Below, one piece after another: positions 52,814-64,000 of a stretch of DNA of 64,000 nt (position 1 is its first letter; each line of letters opens with the position of its first letter). Source of the stretch: Macrostomum lignano. Its lineage: Eukaryota. The stretch lies in assembly GCA_002269645.1 (NCBI GenBank), contig NIVC01000993.1:62001-126000 (forward strand), read 5' to 3'. A program made the translations under genes and the position numbers. A model generated the notes under the pieces. The model was not told where the DNA came from and made no database searches. It saw nothing but the letters and a program-made list of their open reading frames with translations.

Positions 52814-55800
52814 ATGCCACCTCCATCAAAGCCCAACCAGAAGACTCAGAAAAAGCCGCTGCCGCCCATAGTTGACGTCGAGGACAAGGAGGAATACACT
52901 GGAGACCGGCCCTTCTGCGTCTACTATTGCATGTGCGGCCAGCTCGCCCTCATCATTGACTGCCCGATTGAACGGCTGCCGCAGCGACCGCGCGACAGCT
53001 CTCGGGTGCTCGACAGGCGGCGTCGGGTTTTCAAGGCGCACTTTGATCCGGTAAGGTTCGCTGACTGTACCCATTTTGCATCGTTTTATGTTGTTGTCTT
53101 ATCCACTATTTAACTACCATTAATAGAATTAAGCAACCATAGAACTGAGCTAACATAAACGTGATTGAGCTACCATAGACAGAATTGAGCTACCGTAGAC
53201 ATAATTGAGCTACCATAGACAGAATTGAGCTAACATAAACAGAATTGAGCTACTGTAGACATAATTGAGCTACCATAGACAGAATTGAGCTACCATAGAC
53301 AGAATTGAGCTACTGTAGACATAATTGAGCTACCATAGATAGAATTGAGCTACCATAGACAGAATTGAGCTACCATAGACAGAATTGAGCTACCATAGAC
53401 ATAATTGAGCTACCATAGACAGAATTGAGCTACCATAGACAGAATTGAGCTACCGTAGACATAATTGAGCTACCATAGACAGAATTGAGCTACCGTAGAC
53501 ATAATTGAGCTACCGTAGACATAATTGAGCTACCATAGACAGAATTGAGCTACCATAGACATAATTGAGCTACCATAGACAGAATTGAGCTACTGTAGAC
53601 ATAATTGAGCTACCATAGACAGAATTGAGCTACCGTAGACATAATTGAGCTACCATAGACAGAATTGAGCTACCATAGACATAATTGAGCTACCATAAAC
53701 AGAATTGAGCTAACATAGACATAATTGAGCTACCATAGACATAATTGAGCTACTATAGACAGAATTGAGCTACCATAAACAGAATTGAGCTACCATAAAC
53801 ATAATTGAGCTACCATAGACATAATTGAGCTAACATAGACATAATTGAGCTACCATAGACATAATTGAGCTACCATAGACAGAATTGAGCTACCATAAAC
53901 AGAATTGAGCTAACATAGACATAATTGAGCTACCATAGACATAATTGAGCTACTATAGACATAATTGAGCTACCATAGACATAATTGAGCTACTATAGAC
54001 ATAATTGAGCTACCATAAACAGAATTGAGCTACCATAGACATAATTGAGCTACCATAGACATAATTGAGCTACCATAGACATAATTGAGCTACCATAAAC
54101 AGAATTGAGCTACCATAGACATAATTGAGCTACCATAGACATAATTGAGCTACCATAGACATAATTGAGCTACCATAGACATAATTGAGCTACCATAGAC
54201 ATAATTGAGCTACCATAAACAGAATTGAGCTACCATAGACATAATTGAGCTACCATAGACATAATTGAGCTACTATAGACATAATTGAGCTACTGTAGAC
54301 ATAGTTGAGCTACCATAGACATAATTGAGCTACCATAGACATAATTGAGCTACCATAGACATAATTGAGCTACCATAGACATAATTGAGCTACTATAGAC
54401 ATAATTGAGCTACTGTAGACATAGTTGAGCTACCATAGACATAATTGAGCTACCATAGACATAATTGAGCTACCGTAGACATAATTGAGCTACCATAGAC
54501 ATAATTGAGCTACTATAGACATAATTGAGCTACCATAGACATAATTGAGCTACCATAGACATAATTGAGCTACCATAGACATAATTGAGCTACCATAGAC
54601 AGAATTGAGCTACCATAGACAGAATTGAGCTAACATAGACATAATTGAGCTACCATAGACATAATTGAGCTACCATAGACATAATTGAGCTACCATAGAC
54701 ATAGTTGAGCTACCATAGACATAATTGAGCTACCATAGACATAATTGAGCTACCATAGACATAGTTGAGCTACCATAGAGCTACCAATTAAGATACATGA
54801 TACAATTAATTGATTTTGCATCAAATTCTGTAATAGACGAATTCACAATGGCAAAAGTATTTCGATCACCCAGGTGCACCGGGAGGAGGCTCTCATTCGC
54901 TGGCCAGACGATGCCGCAGTTGAGCGTCAAATTCGTCGCCGATGCAAGCGCTGCGCTTTGCCGCTGTTCTACCAGCATCCGGACGAACTTGGCCGACTGG
55001 ACCCGGCCAAGCCGGCCTTCTTATTGCCGGACGCTGTCCGAGAAACTGCTGGCAATAGCGGCCAGGAGGGAGCAGCCGCGGCTGCCAGCGCCGAAGCCAT
55101 TGTTGGCCGGCTTAATCAGGATAAGAAGGTGAGTTTCTTGCGTGTGTCTCGGTTCTCTGCCCACCGCCCTCTAGTAGTGTATAACGGTTGGGAATCTGTA
55201 GGCTAGTCTAAAATGGGCTGTAGCCTAGTGGTTAGAGCGTCTAAATCACGAATGAAAGGTCGGGGGTTCGATTCCCGATCCACTCGGAACAATTCCTGTC
55301 CTTGAGCAAGACACTTAACTCTGCATTGCTTCAGTTCACATAGTAAACTGGGTGCCAGCATTAGCTGGGGTAATTGAGGCTGTGTGTGGCGACCTCCTGA
55401 ACAGCCGTACGCAGCCTTCAGATGCGCCGCGCAATACCTGCGGCTGAGCTGTTGGTTGCACATCTGCCCATTAGGGTAGGTGTAATCAATTATTATTATT
55501 ATTACTATTATTATCTCAAAACTGAGGCGGAGGGCCGTGGCCTAGTGGTCTAGCGCGGGGCTCTGATTTGCCAGCGGCCCAGGCTCGATTCCCAGTGCAG
55601 TCACATTAATTTGGGGCTGAATTGGAATTAGCGCCCTGAGCCGACCCCCAAGGCACAGTGAAGTGTACATGCCTAAGGATAAAGTTAGGGCCGCTGTGCA
55701 CTCCTGTGTGAGTGTGTGCCTGTGCGTATGACTGCGTACGTATCCGCGCGCTTGTGTGCCTGCTCAGGTGAGTCGGCAGAATGGGCAGTAAGGCCTCTCG

Positions 55801-56251
55801 CTGCCCCTAATAAAAAGCTCAGAACTTCACAAGTATTTACAAGTTCAAAACTTTGCTGGGCAGTAAGGCCTCTCGCTGCCCCTAATAAAAAGCTCAGAAC
55901 TTCACAAGTATTTACAAGTTCAAAACTTTGCAAGCTCGTAATTTTTCAAAGTTAAATTTGTGACTTTGCTGTCAAAAAATTCGAATATTTAACATTCGTC
56001 ATTAATTACAGGTGATGCTAACCAGACGACGTCGCGATATGGGCAAGTTCTCCTCCGTGACTGTGTCCACTATTGAAGCCGATCAGGAGGAGGTTGAGGC
56101 CAGAGAAATCGCCGACTCATACGCCGCCAATGCTCGCATAGTTGAGAAGCAGCTGCTGCGCAAAGGCGTCATCAGGAAGCGATTAGTGGAAGAGCGCAAT
56201 CAGGATGCGCAGGCGAAACGTCAGGCTAGGGGGACGCTTATCGACTATTGA
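52814..56251 (+). CDS. STEEP1: STEEP1 / CXorf56 (UPF0428) homolog, 3 exons
   Basis: Exons 52814-53050, 54874-55128, 56012-56251, all phase 0; motifs [65 protein letters not shown]. Confidence 0.92.
53125..54785. repeat. 20-bp satellite ATAATTGAGCTACCATAGAC (~83 copies) in STEEP1 intron 1
   Basis: Direct reading. Confidence 0.98.
55215..55512 (+). mobile_element. tRNA-derived SINE with CORE-like domain and (ATT)n tail
   Basis: A box TAGCCTAGTGG 55221, B box GGTTCGATTCC 55265, CCTTGAGCAAGACACTTAACTCTG..CTTCAG..GTAAACTGGG, tail 55489-55512. Confidence 0.8.
55532..55815 (+). mobile_element. Second tRNA-headed SINE-like element
   Basis: A box TGGCCTAGTGG 55538, B-box-like GGCTCGATTCC ~55582, different body, ends AATAAAAA. 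Confidence 0.6.
55782..55931. repeat. Perfect 75-bp tandem duplication
   Basis: 55782-55856 equals 55857-55931. Confidence 0.95.
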
Positions 56252-56329
56252 TTCTGCGTTTGATTTGGATTTGTTTCATTGTAATATGTGATTAAGACAC
56301 TAAACTTACTCTTTACTTACTGTCACTTG

Positions 56330-57445
56330 GGCTTGGCCTTGGCTTCTGCGCTTGGGCTTGGCCTTGGCTTCTGCGCTTGGGCTTTGGGCTTGGGCTTGGG
56401 CTTTGGGCTTGGCTTTGGGCTTGTCTTTGGGTTTGGCCTTGGGCTTGGCCTTAGGCTTGGCCTTAGGCTTGGCCTTAGGCTTGGCCTTAGGCTTGGCCTT
56501 AGGCTTGGCCTTAGGCTTGGCCTTAGGCTTGGCCTTAGGCTTGGCCTTAGGCTTGGCCTTAGGCTTGGCCTTAGGCTTGGCCTTAGGCTTGGCCTTAGGC
56601 TTGGCCTTAGGCTTGGCCTTAGGCTTGGCCTTAGGCTTGGCCTTAGGCTTGGCCTTAGGCTTGGCCTTAGGCTTGGCCTTAGGCTTGGCCTTAGGCTTGG
56701 CCTTAGGCTTGGCCTTAGGCTTGGCCTTAGGCTTGGCCTTAGGCTTGGCCTTAGGCTTGGCCTTAGGCTTGGCCTTAGGCTTGGCCTTAGGCTTGGCCTT
56801 AGGCTTGGCCTTAGGCTTGGCCTTAGGCTTGGCCTTAGGCTTGGCCTTAGGCTTGGCCTTAGGCTTGGCCTTAGGCTTGGCCTTAGGCTTGGCCTTAGGC
56901 TTGGCCTTAGGCTTGGCCTTAGGCTTGGCCTTAGGCTTGGCCTTAGGCTTGGCCTTAGGCTTGGCCTTAGGCTTGGCCTTAGGCTTGGCCTTAGGCTTGG
57001 CCTTAGGCTTGGCCTTAGGCTTGGCCTTAGGCTTGGCCTTAGGCTTGGCCTTAGGCTTGGCCTTAGGCTTGGCCTTAGGCTTGGCCTTAGGCTTGGCCTT
57101 AGGCTTGGCCTTAGGCTTGGCCTTAGGCTTGGCCTTAGGCTTGGCCTTAGGCTTGGCCTTAGGCTTGGCCTTAGGCTTGGCCTTAGGCTTGGCCTTAGGC
57201 TTGGCCTTAGGCTTGGCCTTAGGCTTGGCCTTAGGCTTGGCCTTAGGCTTGTCTTTGGGCTTGGCCTTGGGCTTGGCCTTGGGCTTGGCCTTGGGCTTGG
57301 GCTTGTGCTTGGCCTTGGGCTTGGCCTTGGGCTTGTCTTTGGGCTTGGCCTTGGGCTTGGCCTTGGGCTTGTCTTTGGGCTTGGGCTTGGCCTTGGGCTT
57401 GGGCTTGTGCTTGGCCTTGGGTTTGGCCTTGGGCTTAGCCTTTGG
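56330..57445. repeat. 12-bp satellite (TTAGGCTTGGCC)n with degenerate TTGGGC flanks
   Basis: Perfect core ~56450-57249; degenerate on both sides. Confidence 0.98.
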
Positions 57446-57999
57446 CTAAGCCTAATTAACTAATTTTGACGTACTTGTTCTTTAATTAATACGCTCGTAG
57501 AAAATACTGGTGTAAATAATGGTTGATCCAAATGCGTCTCAGTACGAACTTATAAAATGACTGCGCATAGGGCAGTTGTGTGTCGGGACCCTTTATTGCT
57601 TTTGTTTGCCGTTTTCACTATCAAATTTTGGCAAGCTCAATTAAAAAACATGTCAATAAACACACAAAATATGAATCTGTGTAATTTACTACGAGTTATA
57701 TCAAATATGACAGCAATTTGTGAGATTGATCCTAACTAAGGTTTCTGGGTTTTTTGCAGAACGTTAATCAGCCCAATAGCCTATTGGGGCCATGCAACAA
57801 CATGCAGCAGATTAGCTGGAATTTCTACGTACATTCATATTTTGAAGTTTCCCGATTCGTACACGAGTGTGTAGATAAGCTTGGCGAGCCTTCCCAATTC
57901 CCAGATAAGGGGGGGGGGGGTAAGGCAGGGTATAATTGGGAGTAAGCTGGCCTTGACTCTTATTTAGGCAGAATACTTTGATAGTCCAGTGATTCAACC

Positions 58000-58224
58000 A
58001 TGGCCAACCTATGCCCAGGCCTGCTTTGGGCGCTAATCTGGTTTTTGGCACTGATTTTCCTCGCCTGGCCAGTGTCCTACATCATCGCATTCGTCTACAT
58101 TCTGTTGCTGCCGTTCTCCGCCTGTGTCGGTCTACTCAAACCGGTCTGCGACACCCTGCTTGGCGTGGTGAATCTCTGCCTCACCTGCGCTGAGAATATG
58201 ATTGCTATGAAGCCGCTGTGCTGA
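58000..58224 (+). CDS. 74-aa hydrophobic, Cys-rich small membrane protein, single exon
   Basis: CAACCATGG start context, GC-rich coding island in AT-rich flanks; two hydrophobic segments then an amphipathic helix ending MIAMKPLC*. Confidence 0.75.
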   Translation: MANLCPGLLWALIWFLALIFLAWPVSYIIAFVYILLLPFSACVGLLKPVCDTLLGVVNLCLTCAENMIAMKPLC

Positions 58225-58829
58225 TTTAATTAACATTTGCAGTCAATCCGTCGGCAGGTACTCCTACAACGTACAATCTATTTTAGTACATTTTATTTTA
58301 AATTAAAACTTTAAATTATTAATCTGCTAATTTGATTGACTTTTACATATATATTGTGAAATTCTATCTGTGAAATTCGTTGCTGATTATGCGATGTCTT
58401 CAACCCGGATAAATTTCCCTTTTTTATCACATTTCGATCACTTACAGCATGCTACTATAGCTACGATGAATTATCCGTTAGACACGTTGAAGGAAAAAAC
58501 TGAAATAAATAATTGCACTTGCAGATAGCTACTAGCGTCTGTTACATTATCTGAACTGCATTAGCGATATTTCATTTCGTCATCTCTAACTTGTTCTTCA
58601 GAATGTGGCATTTGCTAAAATTCAGGCGCATATGCAGAATCAATTGCATACACAACGCATGGTACATGTAATTTTTCCGATCACTGTGTGATTTGCTACA
58701 TGTATGTATATGTTCATAAGTAGAAAGTCAGACTTTGAATTTGCACCGAATTTTTAATCTAGCGTTAAGTTTGAGGGTTAAGGTTAGAGCTTGTGCATTT
58801 GAGGATTTTAATCGATAGTGACTGCTACA

Positions 58830-59060
58830 TAAAAATCAGTTTTCGACGATGCGACGGACTTTCGAGCTTATGATGGTGGTTGCTAAACTTTTCGACTATG
58901 TGTGTGTGATGTTTCGTAGAGCTTGCGACTTTTCGAGCTTGTGATGGTGGCATGCTAAATCAGTTTTTGACGATGTGAATTTTCCAGCTAGTGACTTTTC
59001 GAGCTTGTGATGGAGCCCTGTTTCGACGAATCGATTTTTCGAGCTTATGATGGTGACCCG
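58830..59060. repeat. Four copies of TTTTCGAGCTT(G/A)TGATGG with irregular spacers
   Basis: Copies near 58860, 58930, 58998 and 59036; probable transposon subterminal region. Confidence 0.6.
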
Positions 59061-60793
59061 TGCCGAAAGACACTCGTAGGCAGGTTGTTCACGCGCATAA
59101 AGCCGGATTTTATAATCGTGGATTAACAAAACAATTTTTCCTTCTAGTTTACTACTTTGTTTTAAAATGTGAATACAAAAATTAAAAAAGGCAAACATAC
59201 TTTTTTGCTATATTACAAATAAAAAGTCAAAAAGAGTAGGAGAGTATTTTAAAGGGACTTTCCATGAACGTACTACTTGCTAAATAAATTCTTCTTGGAT
59301 CAGCTATAAAATACAAAGGCTTCTTAGTTTCAAGCCAAAGGCACTGTAAAGAAAAATTTAATTTTAAATTACATATTGAATAGTATATGTAGACTAAAAT
59401 TTAAGATTTCTGTAAAAATTTAAATCAATCCTGCAATTTGTCTCAGTTTTACAAAATATTTCTGTGAGTTTCAAGGTTAGGACTTAGGAGCAACCACTGC
59501 CCACTGGCACTAGCACTAACACTAACTGACTAACAGAGAAATAATAATAGCTTGTAATACATCAAGTTTTTATTCCATAGCTAATATGCTATATAGGGAC
59601 GATAGGGTCCTTTTTACCAGGGTATCTAGTTTTGCTCATTTTTAGTATATGGATTTAATTTTAATGAAAATATTAATTTCTATGAAAAAAGTGTTGAATA
59701 ATGATTAGGACTTCTAGTTCTAGTTATCTAATTTTAATGAAACTTTTGCAACTTGTAGGCCACAGTAAAGGTGGCATGTGTATACTAGAATTATTTTTGT
59801 TATTGCCTGTGCACTCCAATACATGCTAAACAGTGAACTAAAATTAAAAATATATAATCCAAATGTATACCATGTTATGTTTTTTATTCATTTCCAATTC
59901 TAGGCATGTAAAAAAAGTTTTTACCTCACCTGTGCCACCTCTATGAAAGGTGTAGTTAAGAAGTAGACATGCTACTTAACTAGTATAGCTAAATACTATT
60001 AGGATATTATAGAATAAGCTATATACAACCTTAAGCAAGGTGGTAGATTTCATAGAATATTCTGGCACAAATTGGCCATTTCTTAGATGCACTTTGCATA
60101 TTTAGTGCATGGTGCAAAATGAGAAATGAGATAAAGGCATACAACTTTATGTACTTTAGCATAATAGTATAATATAATATTTAGTATAGATTCTTTTGAA
60201 TAGTTTTATATAAGAATTTGTTTATGTTTTGTAATATATCATTGTTTGTATTTTATGGAAAAGTGTTATATTAATACTTTTAAAACAATTGTTAATTTTA
60301 TTATAAACATAAAAGACTAGTCAAAGTTTGAATTCATTGTATTTTGCTCAAATTCATATAAATATGTTTGTCTTTTATTTTGTTTTTGGGCTATTATAAT
60401 AACTCCAAACATCAGTGTATAGTGCAAGAAAAAAATATTTCTTTGGTACATGGTGCATCATGAAAATGTAGGAAATTGTTTGTGGCATATATGGTATACA
60501 TCTGACTATGGTAAATAGCTATTTGTTTAGTATATAATTGATAGTGCTATTGGACTCTAGTGTTACCTAGAGCCAAAGAGCCAGATTGCTAGGCTTTTGC
60601 TATTGCTGAGACATTGCAGCTTTGACAATACAGCCTTCAATAATAGGTACCTATTACCCATTTTAGTTCATTACAACTGCCTGCATAATACTAATTAGCT
60701 GACGAGGCATTTTTGTCTTGAAATATAGTCATAGTTACTCACGCCGTTTTCCCATCATGGCATTGATGCATTTCCACCCCTTAGACACAAAAA

Positions 60794-62936
60794 ATGTTCG
60801 CTGTTATCGCTTGCGGCCGCCTCGTACAGACCGATTTCCAACAGGTGGACGCTAACAAGTTCACCCTGACTATACCGGCTGCTGACAAGGTCAACCACTT
60901 GGTATTCTTTCTTACTGGCCAATGTCCACTGCCCGATGGAGCCGCCGCTGCCGTGTACCTCGGCTGGCCCCAGCCGCCGCCCAGCCCGCCGGAGCCTGTC
61001 TGGAGCTTCATCGGTCACCTGACCAACGAGAAGCCTAGCGCTATATTTAAAATCGCGCGCACCAGACCGCAGGATCACGATCCAAATCATCCGTTTCTAG
61101 CTAATCATTTTGCCACTGGCAGTTGGACTGATCTCACCTGTGTGCAGGTGCGCCTTATCGCCGATCGATGATTTTACTGTATCTCAGCAGAATTTTAAAG
61201 AGTCTCTGAACCCCAGACCCAGAGTTCCCCTCGCATTGAAAGTGTGAAAGTCACTTGAGAGTTGCCCTTACAAAAGCTTTGAGACTCGTTTCCAGGTTTT
61301 ATTTTAGCATTAAAAGACTGGACCGCATCATCGTGTTCCCCATAGTTCTCATATTTTGTGCTCCTAGTTATTTTTAGACTCAATCACTAAGTTAGTTTAG
61401 GGTGGCCCTGAAAAGGGCCGTTTGACTTTCTAGTTTCCAGTCACCTTTTAATACACAACACACTGTTCTACCCCCTCACCCATAGTCTCAGTTTTGAGTG
61501 GCCAATATCGCTAGATACAGGGAACTCGTAGATATGGGACATATGAGTTCCCGTAACCATGTTCTGTCTCTGCGGCTCTGCCTAAAAAACCTTCGTATCC
61601 GTCACTTTACGTAGCCGTATTCTTAGCTACGGTATGACTCTAGTTAAGCCGAGTTGGCGCCGGTTAGTACCAGGGCTGAAATAGGTTGGGTACCTAGTTT
61701 TAACCCTAGCATTATTGCAGCCACACCCGCCCTATGTGACCGCTTTGTGTATGCAGGGTCAGGCTTGTTTGGGGAGAAAGAAATCATATTTTTAATAGCA
61801 GCACTACAATTGATATAGATCGCAGTATTAACAGGACTTATCTTCGTTATGTATCATTTCGTTTAAGAGTTTTATTTAAGGTCAAATTTTCGCAACTTGA
61901 ACTACATCTTGAACAATGTGAACTTTCAAGCTTGCAAAAATGACCCACAGCAAGAAGGCAAGCAGCAGTTATTCTCTGAGCAAAGCAAGTAGGCACACGC
62001 TCTCACAGTGTACAGCGGCCTTGTGACTTTCTCATTCTTTGGCATGTGCACTCTCTGTGCGCCTTCGCCTCAGTGGAATGTGACCACTCGATAGTAACAA
62101 CAACAACACCAGTAAAAAAACGATGACAACATAAATAACAACAACTGCAACAACTGCAACAACAGCACCAGTAATAATAACAACAACGATAACACAAATA
62201 GCAGCAACAACAAAACCAACAACAACAACACCAGTAATAAAAACAACAACGATATCACAAATAGCAGCAACAACAAAACCAACAACAACAACACCAGTAA
62301 TAAAAACAACAACGATAACAAAAATAGCAGCAACAACAACAACACCAGTAATAAAAAGAACAACGATATCACAAATAGCAGCAACAACAACAACTGCAAT
62401 AACACCAGTAATAAAAACAACAACAATAAAGACAACAGCAGCAAAACACGCTGTTTGGGTCTTCTGAAAGCTGCGTCTCAGTGCGCGCCTCCGGACCAGG
62501 TCTGCCGGTATGCTGCGGCTATGATGCAGTCTACCAGCTGCAGTCGCCTTAGATCTTGCTATTGAAACCTCACTATTTCGCACAACCATATAATTTAGCA
62601 ATGGCAGAATTAATCCTTTGCTAAGACCCCTAGTATCATTAGTAACAGTTTTTGAATAATATTAAATACAATATCAATTTGCAGGTAGGCATCTCCATAG
62701 AGCCGGTGCAAACGGTAGCAGGCATGACTCCGCCAGCGGGCACTCAGGCCGACTCCACGCCAACTATGGTAGCCTTCTCGCAGCGTATGCTAGAGAGCCT
62801 CGTGAACTATTTGAGCAGTTTTGCTACAACTCCGCCTGGCGCTGCTGAGTCCTACGTGCCAATGTCGGCCGTGACCAGGTGGTATGAAACTTTTGAACGG
62901 CGTCTGCGACAGTTTCCCGACTTTTGGAAGACTTAG
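60794..62936 (+). CDS. HIKESHI: Hikeshi / OPI10-family Hsp70 nuclear import carrier, 2 exons
   Basis: Exons 60794-61147 and 62685-62936, phase 0; MFAVIACGRLVQTDFQQV, NHLVFFLTG, LTNEKPSAIFKI, VGISIEP, WYETFERRL, DFWK. Confidence 0.93.
62090..62445. repeat. CAA-rich ~60-bp degenerate repeat in the HIKESHI intron
   Basis: Repeated CAACAACACCAGTAATAAAAACAACAACGAT..AAATAGCAGCAA. Confidence 0.85.
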
Positions 62937-63704
62937 GGCTGCCTGTTAGGGGCAGTTAGTAACAAGTTAGATAGTTCGAGATAGAAGTTCAAAGCCAATC
63001 GTGGTTGGTGTTTAAAAATAGTAGATCTGCTCTGCGTTTGGGCTCTGCCGCAGGCGCAGGTTCTGCGTGAATCAAATCAGTAAATTAAATATAAATAGAA
63101 TGAGTCCTTATGAAAATTTCTGCATATAAAAGAAAAAACATCTTAACTTACTACTGAACTACTGCAAGTAGATTGGACGCAAATGTGTGGGCTAAACGGT
63201 GTGGAGAAACAGGCTACTGGCTTTACGGGCGAAAATATTCTGCTATTTCTACTTTCAGTAGTTAAGTTTGTACGCAAATTCCTCAAGTCGTCTTGTCCCG
63301 TGTGCCCTTTTGGGCCTTTGTGGACTTTTTGAGTCAAGTTAAAATTGTTTCTATTTCCTGCTTATACAATGTGGTGCCCATTGATGTGCCACTAAGGATG
63401 ACTTGAAACTTTAAAAAAATTTCTTACATTTCATAAATCACTTTTGTGTGTTGAAATTTCTTACTTGACATTGCGGGTATTTATCATTGATTGTAAATTC
63501 GGAATGTGAAAGTGCATTAAAACTGACAAAAAATCAATTCGTTTGTATTATATAGAACGTTGTTTTGTCCGCAGAGATTCTTTGACTTTATTTATTCGAA
63601 ATCAAAGTCATTTTTATTAGAATATGGGCTTGAATGTTTTAGAGTCATTGAAGTCTGAATTGGGTATTAAAAATTGGACAGTTCTTAGAATACTAGTATT
63701 ATAG

Positions 63705-64000
63705 TCTGGATTGGGACTTCTAAGTTGTCTAGCTCGTGGATTGGGAAATATCTAAGTTGTCCAGCTACTGGATTGGGAAATATCTAAGTTGTCCAGCTCC
63801 TGGATTGGGAAATATCTAAGTTGTCCAGCTCCTGAATTGGGAAATATCTAAGTTGTCTAGCTACTGGATTGGGAAATATCTAAGTTGTCTAGCTACTGGA
63901 TTGGGAAATATCTAAGTTGTCCAGCTACTGGATTGGGAAATATCTAAGTTGTCCAGCTCCTGGATTGGGAAATATCTAAGTTGTCCAGCTCCTGGATTGG
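63705..64000. repeat. 32-bp minisatellite CTGGATTGGGAAATATCTAAGTTGTCCAGCT(C/A), running off the window
   Basis: Direct reading. Confidence 0.95.

Noticed and set aside
55215-55600. Genuine tRNA genes
   Set aside because: A/B boxes present but acceptor stems do not close and sequences continue into SINE bodies.
56288-57463. 391-aa and 365-aa (GLRL)n/(GLAL)n ORFs, or a true telomere
   Set aside because: Translation of the 12-bp satellite; array is internal, flanked by genes and not a pure hexamer.
62032-62601. 189-aa Val-rich 'membrane protein' on the minus strand
   Set aside because: Reverse translation of the CAA-rich intronic repeat.

Overview
Eukaryotic, intron-rich, repeat-laden animal (invertebrate) DNA; no prokaryotic systems and no CRISPR. 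The + strand carries most of an unc-13/Munc13 gene (exons from ~372 to stop 27364: C1, C2B, MUN, C2C; 5' exons lie upstream of the window), a 3-exon STEEP1/CXorf56 gene (52814-56251), a single-exon 74-aa hydrophobic protein (58000-58224) and a 2-exon HIKESHI/OPI10 gene (60794-62936). Most long introns hold a different minisatellite. Mobile DNA: a truncated mariner, a full-length but broken GC-rich RTE-type LINE plus two older fragments, two tRNA-headed SINEs, a 1.85-kb long-TIR element with a spliced internal ORF, and a ~15-kb nest in which a foldback element with ~2-kb arms encloses a 4-exon HMG-box gene fragment, an hAT MITE and a 9.3-kb Ty3/gypsy element with an extra non-env ORF. Most notable: (1) a tandemly duplicated, obligatorily mutually exclusive 128-nt exon pair encoding the Ca2+-binding loop of the unc-13 C2B domain; (2) an in-frame 74-aa intronic N-terminal extension that could start a MUN-C2C-only isoform; (3) TIR elements carrying spliced gene fragments; (4) many TACATGTA and TACGAGTA motifs resembling Tc1/mariner excision footprints. 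All coordinates, counts and identities were read by eye; family calls come from remembered motifs, not database searches.
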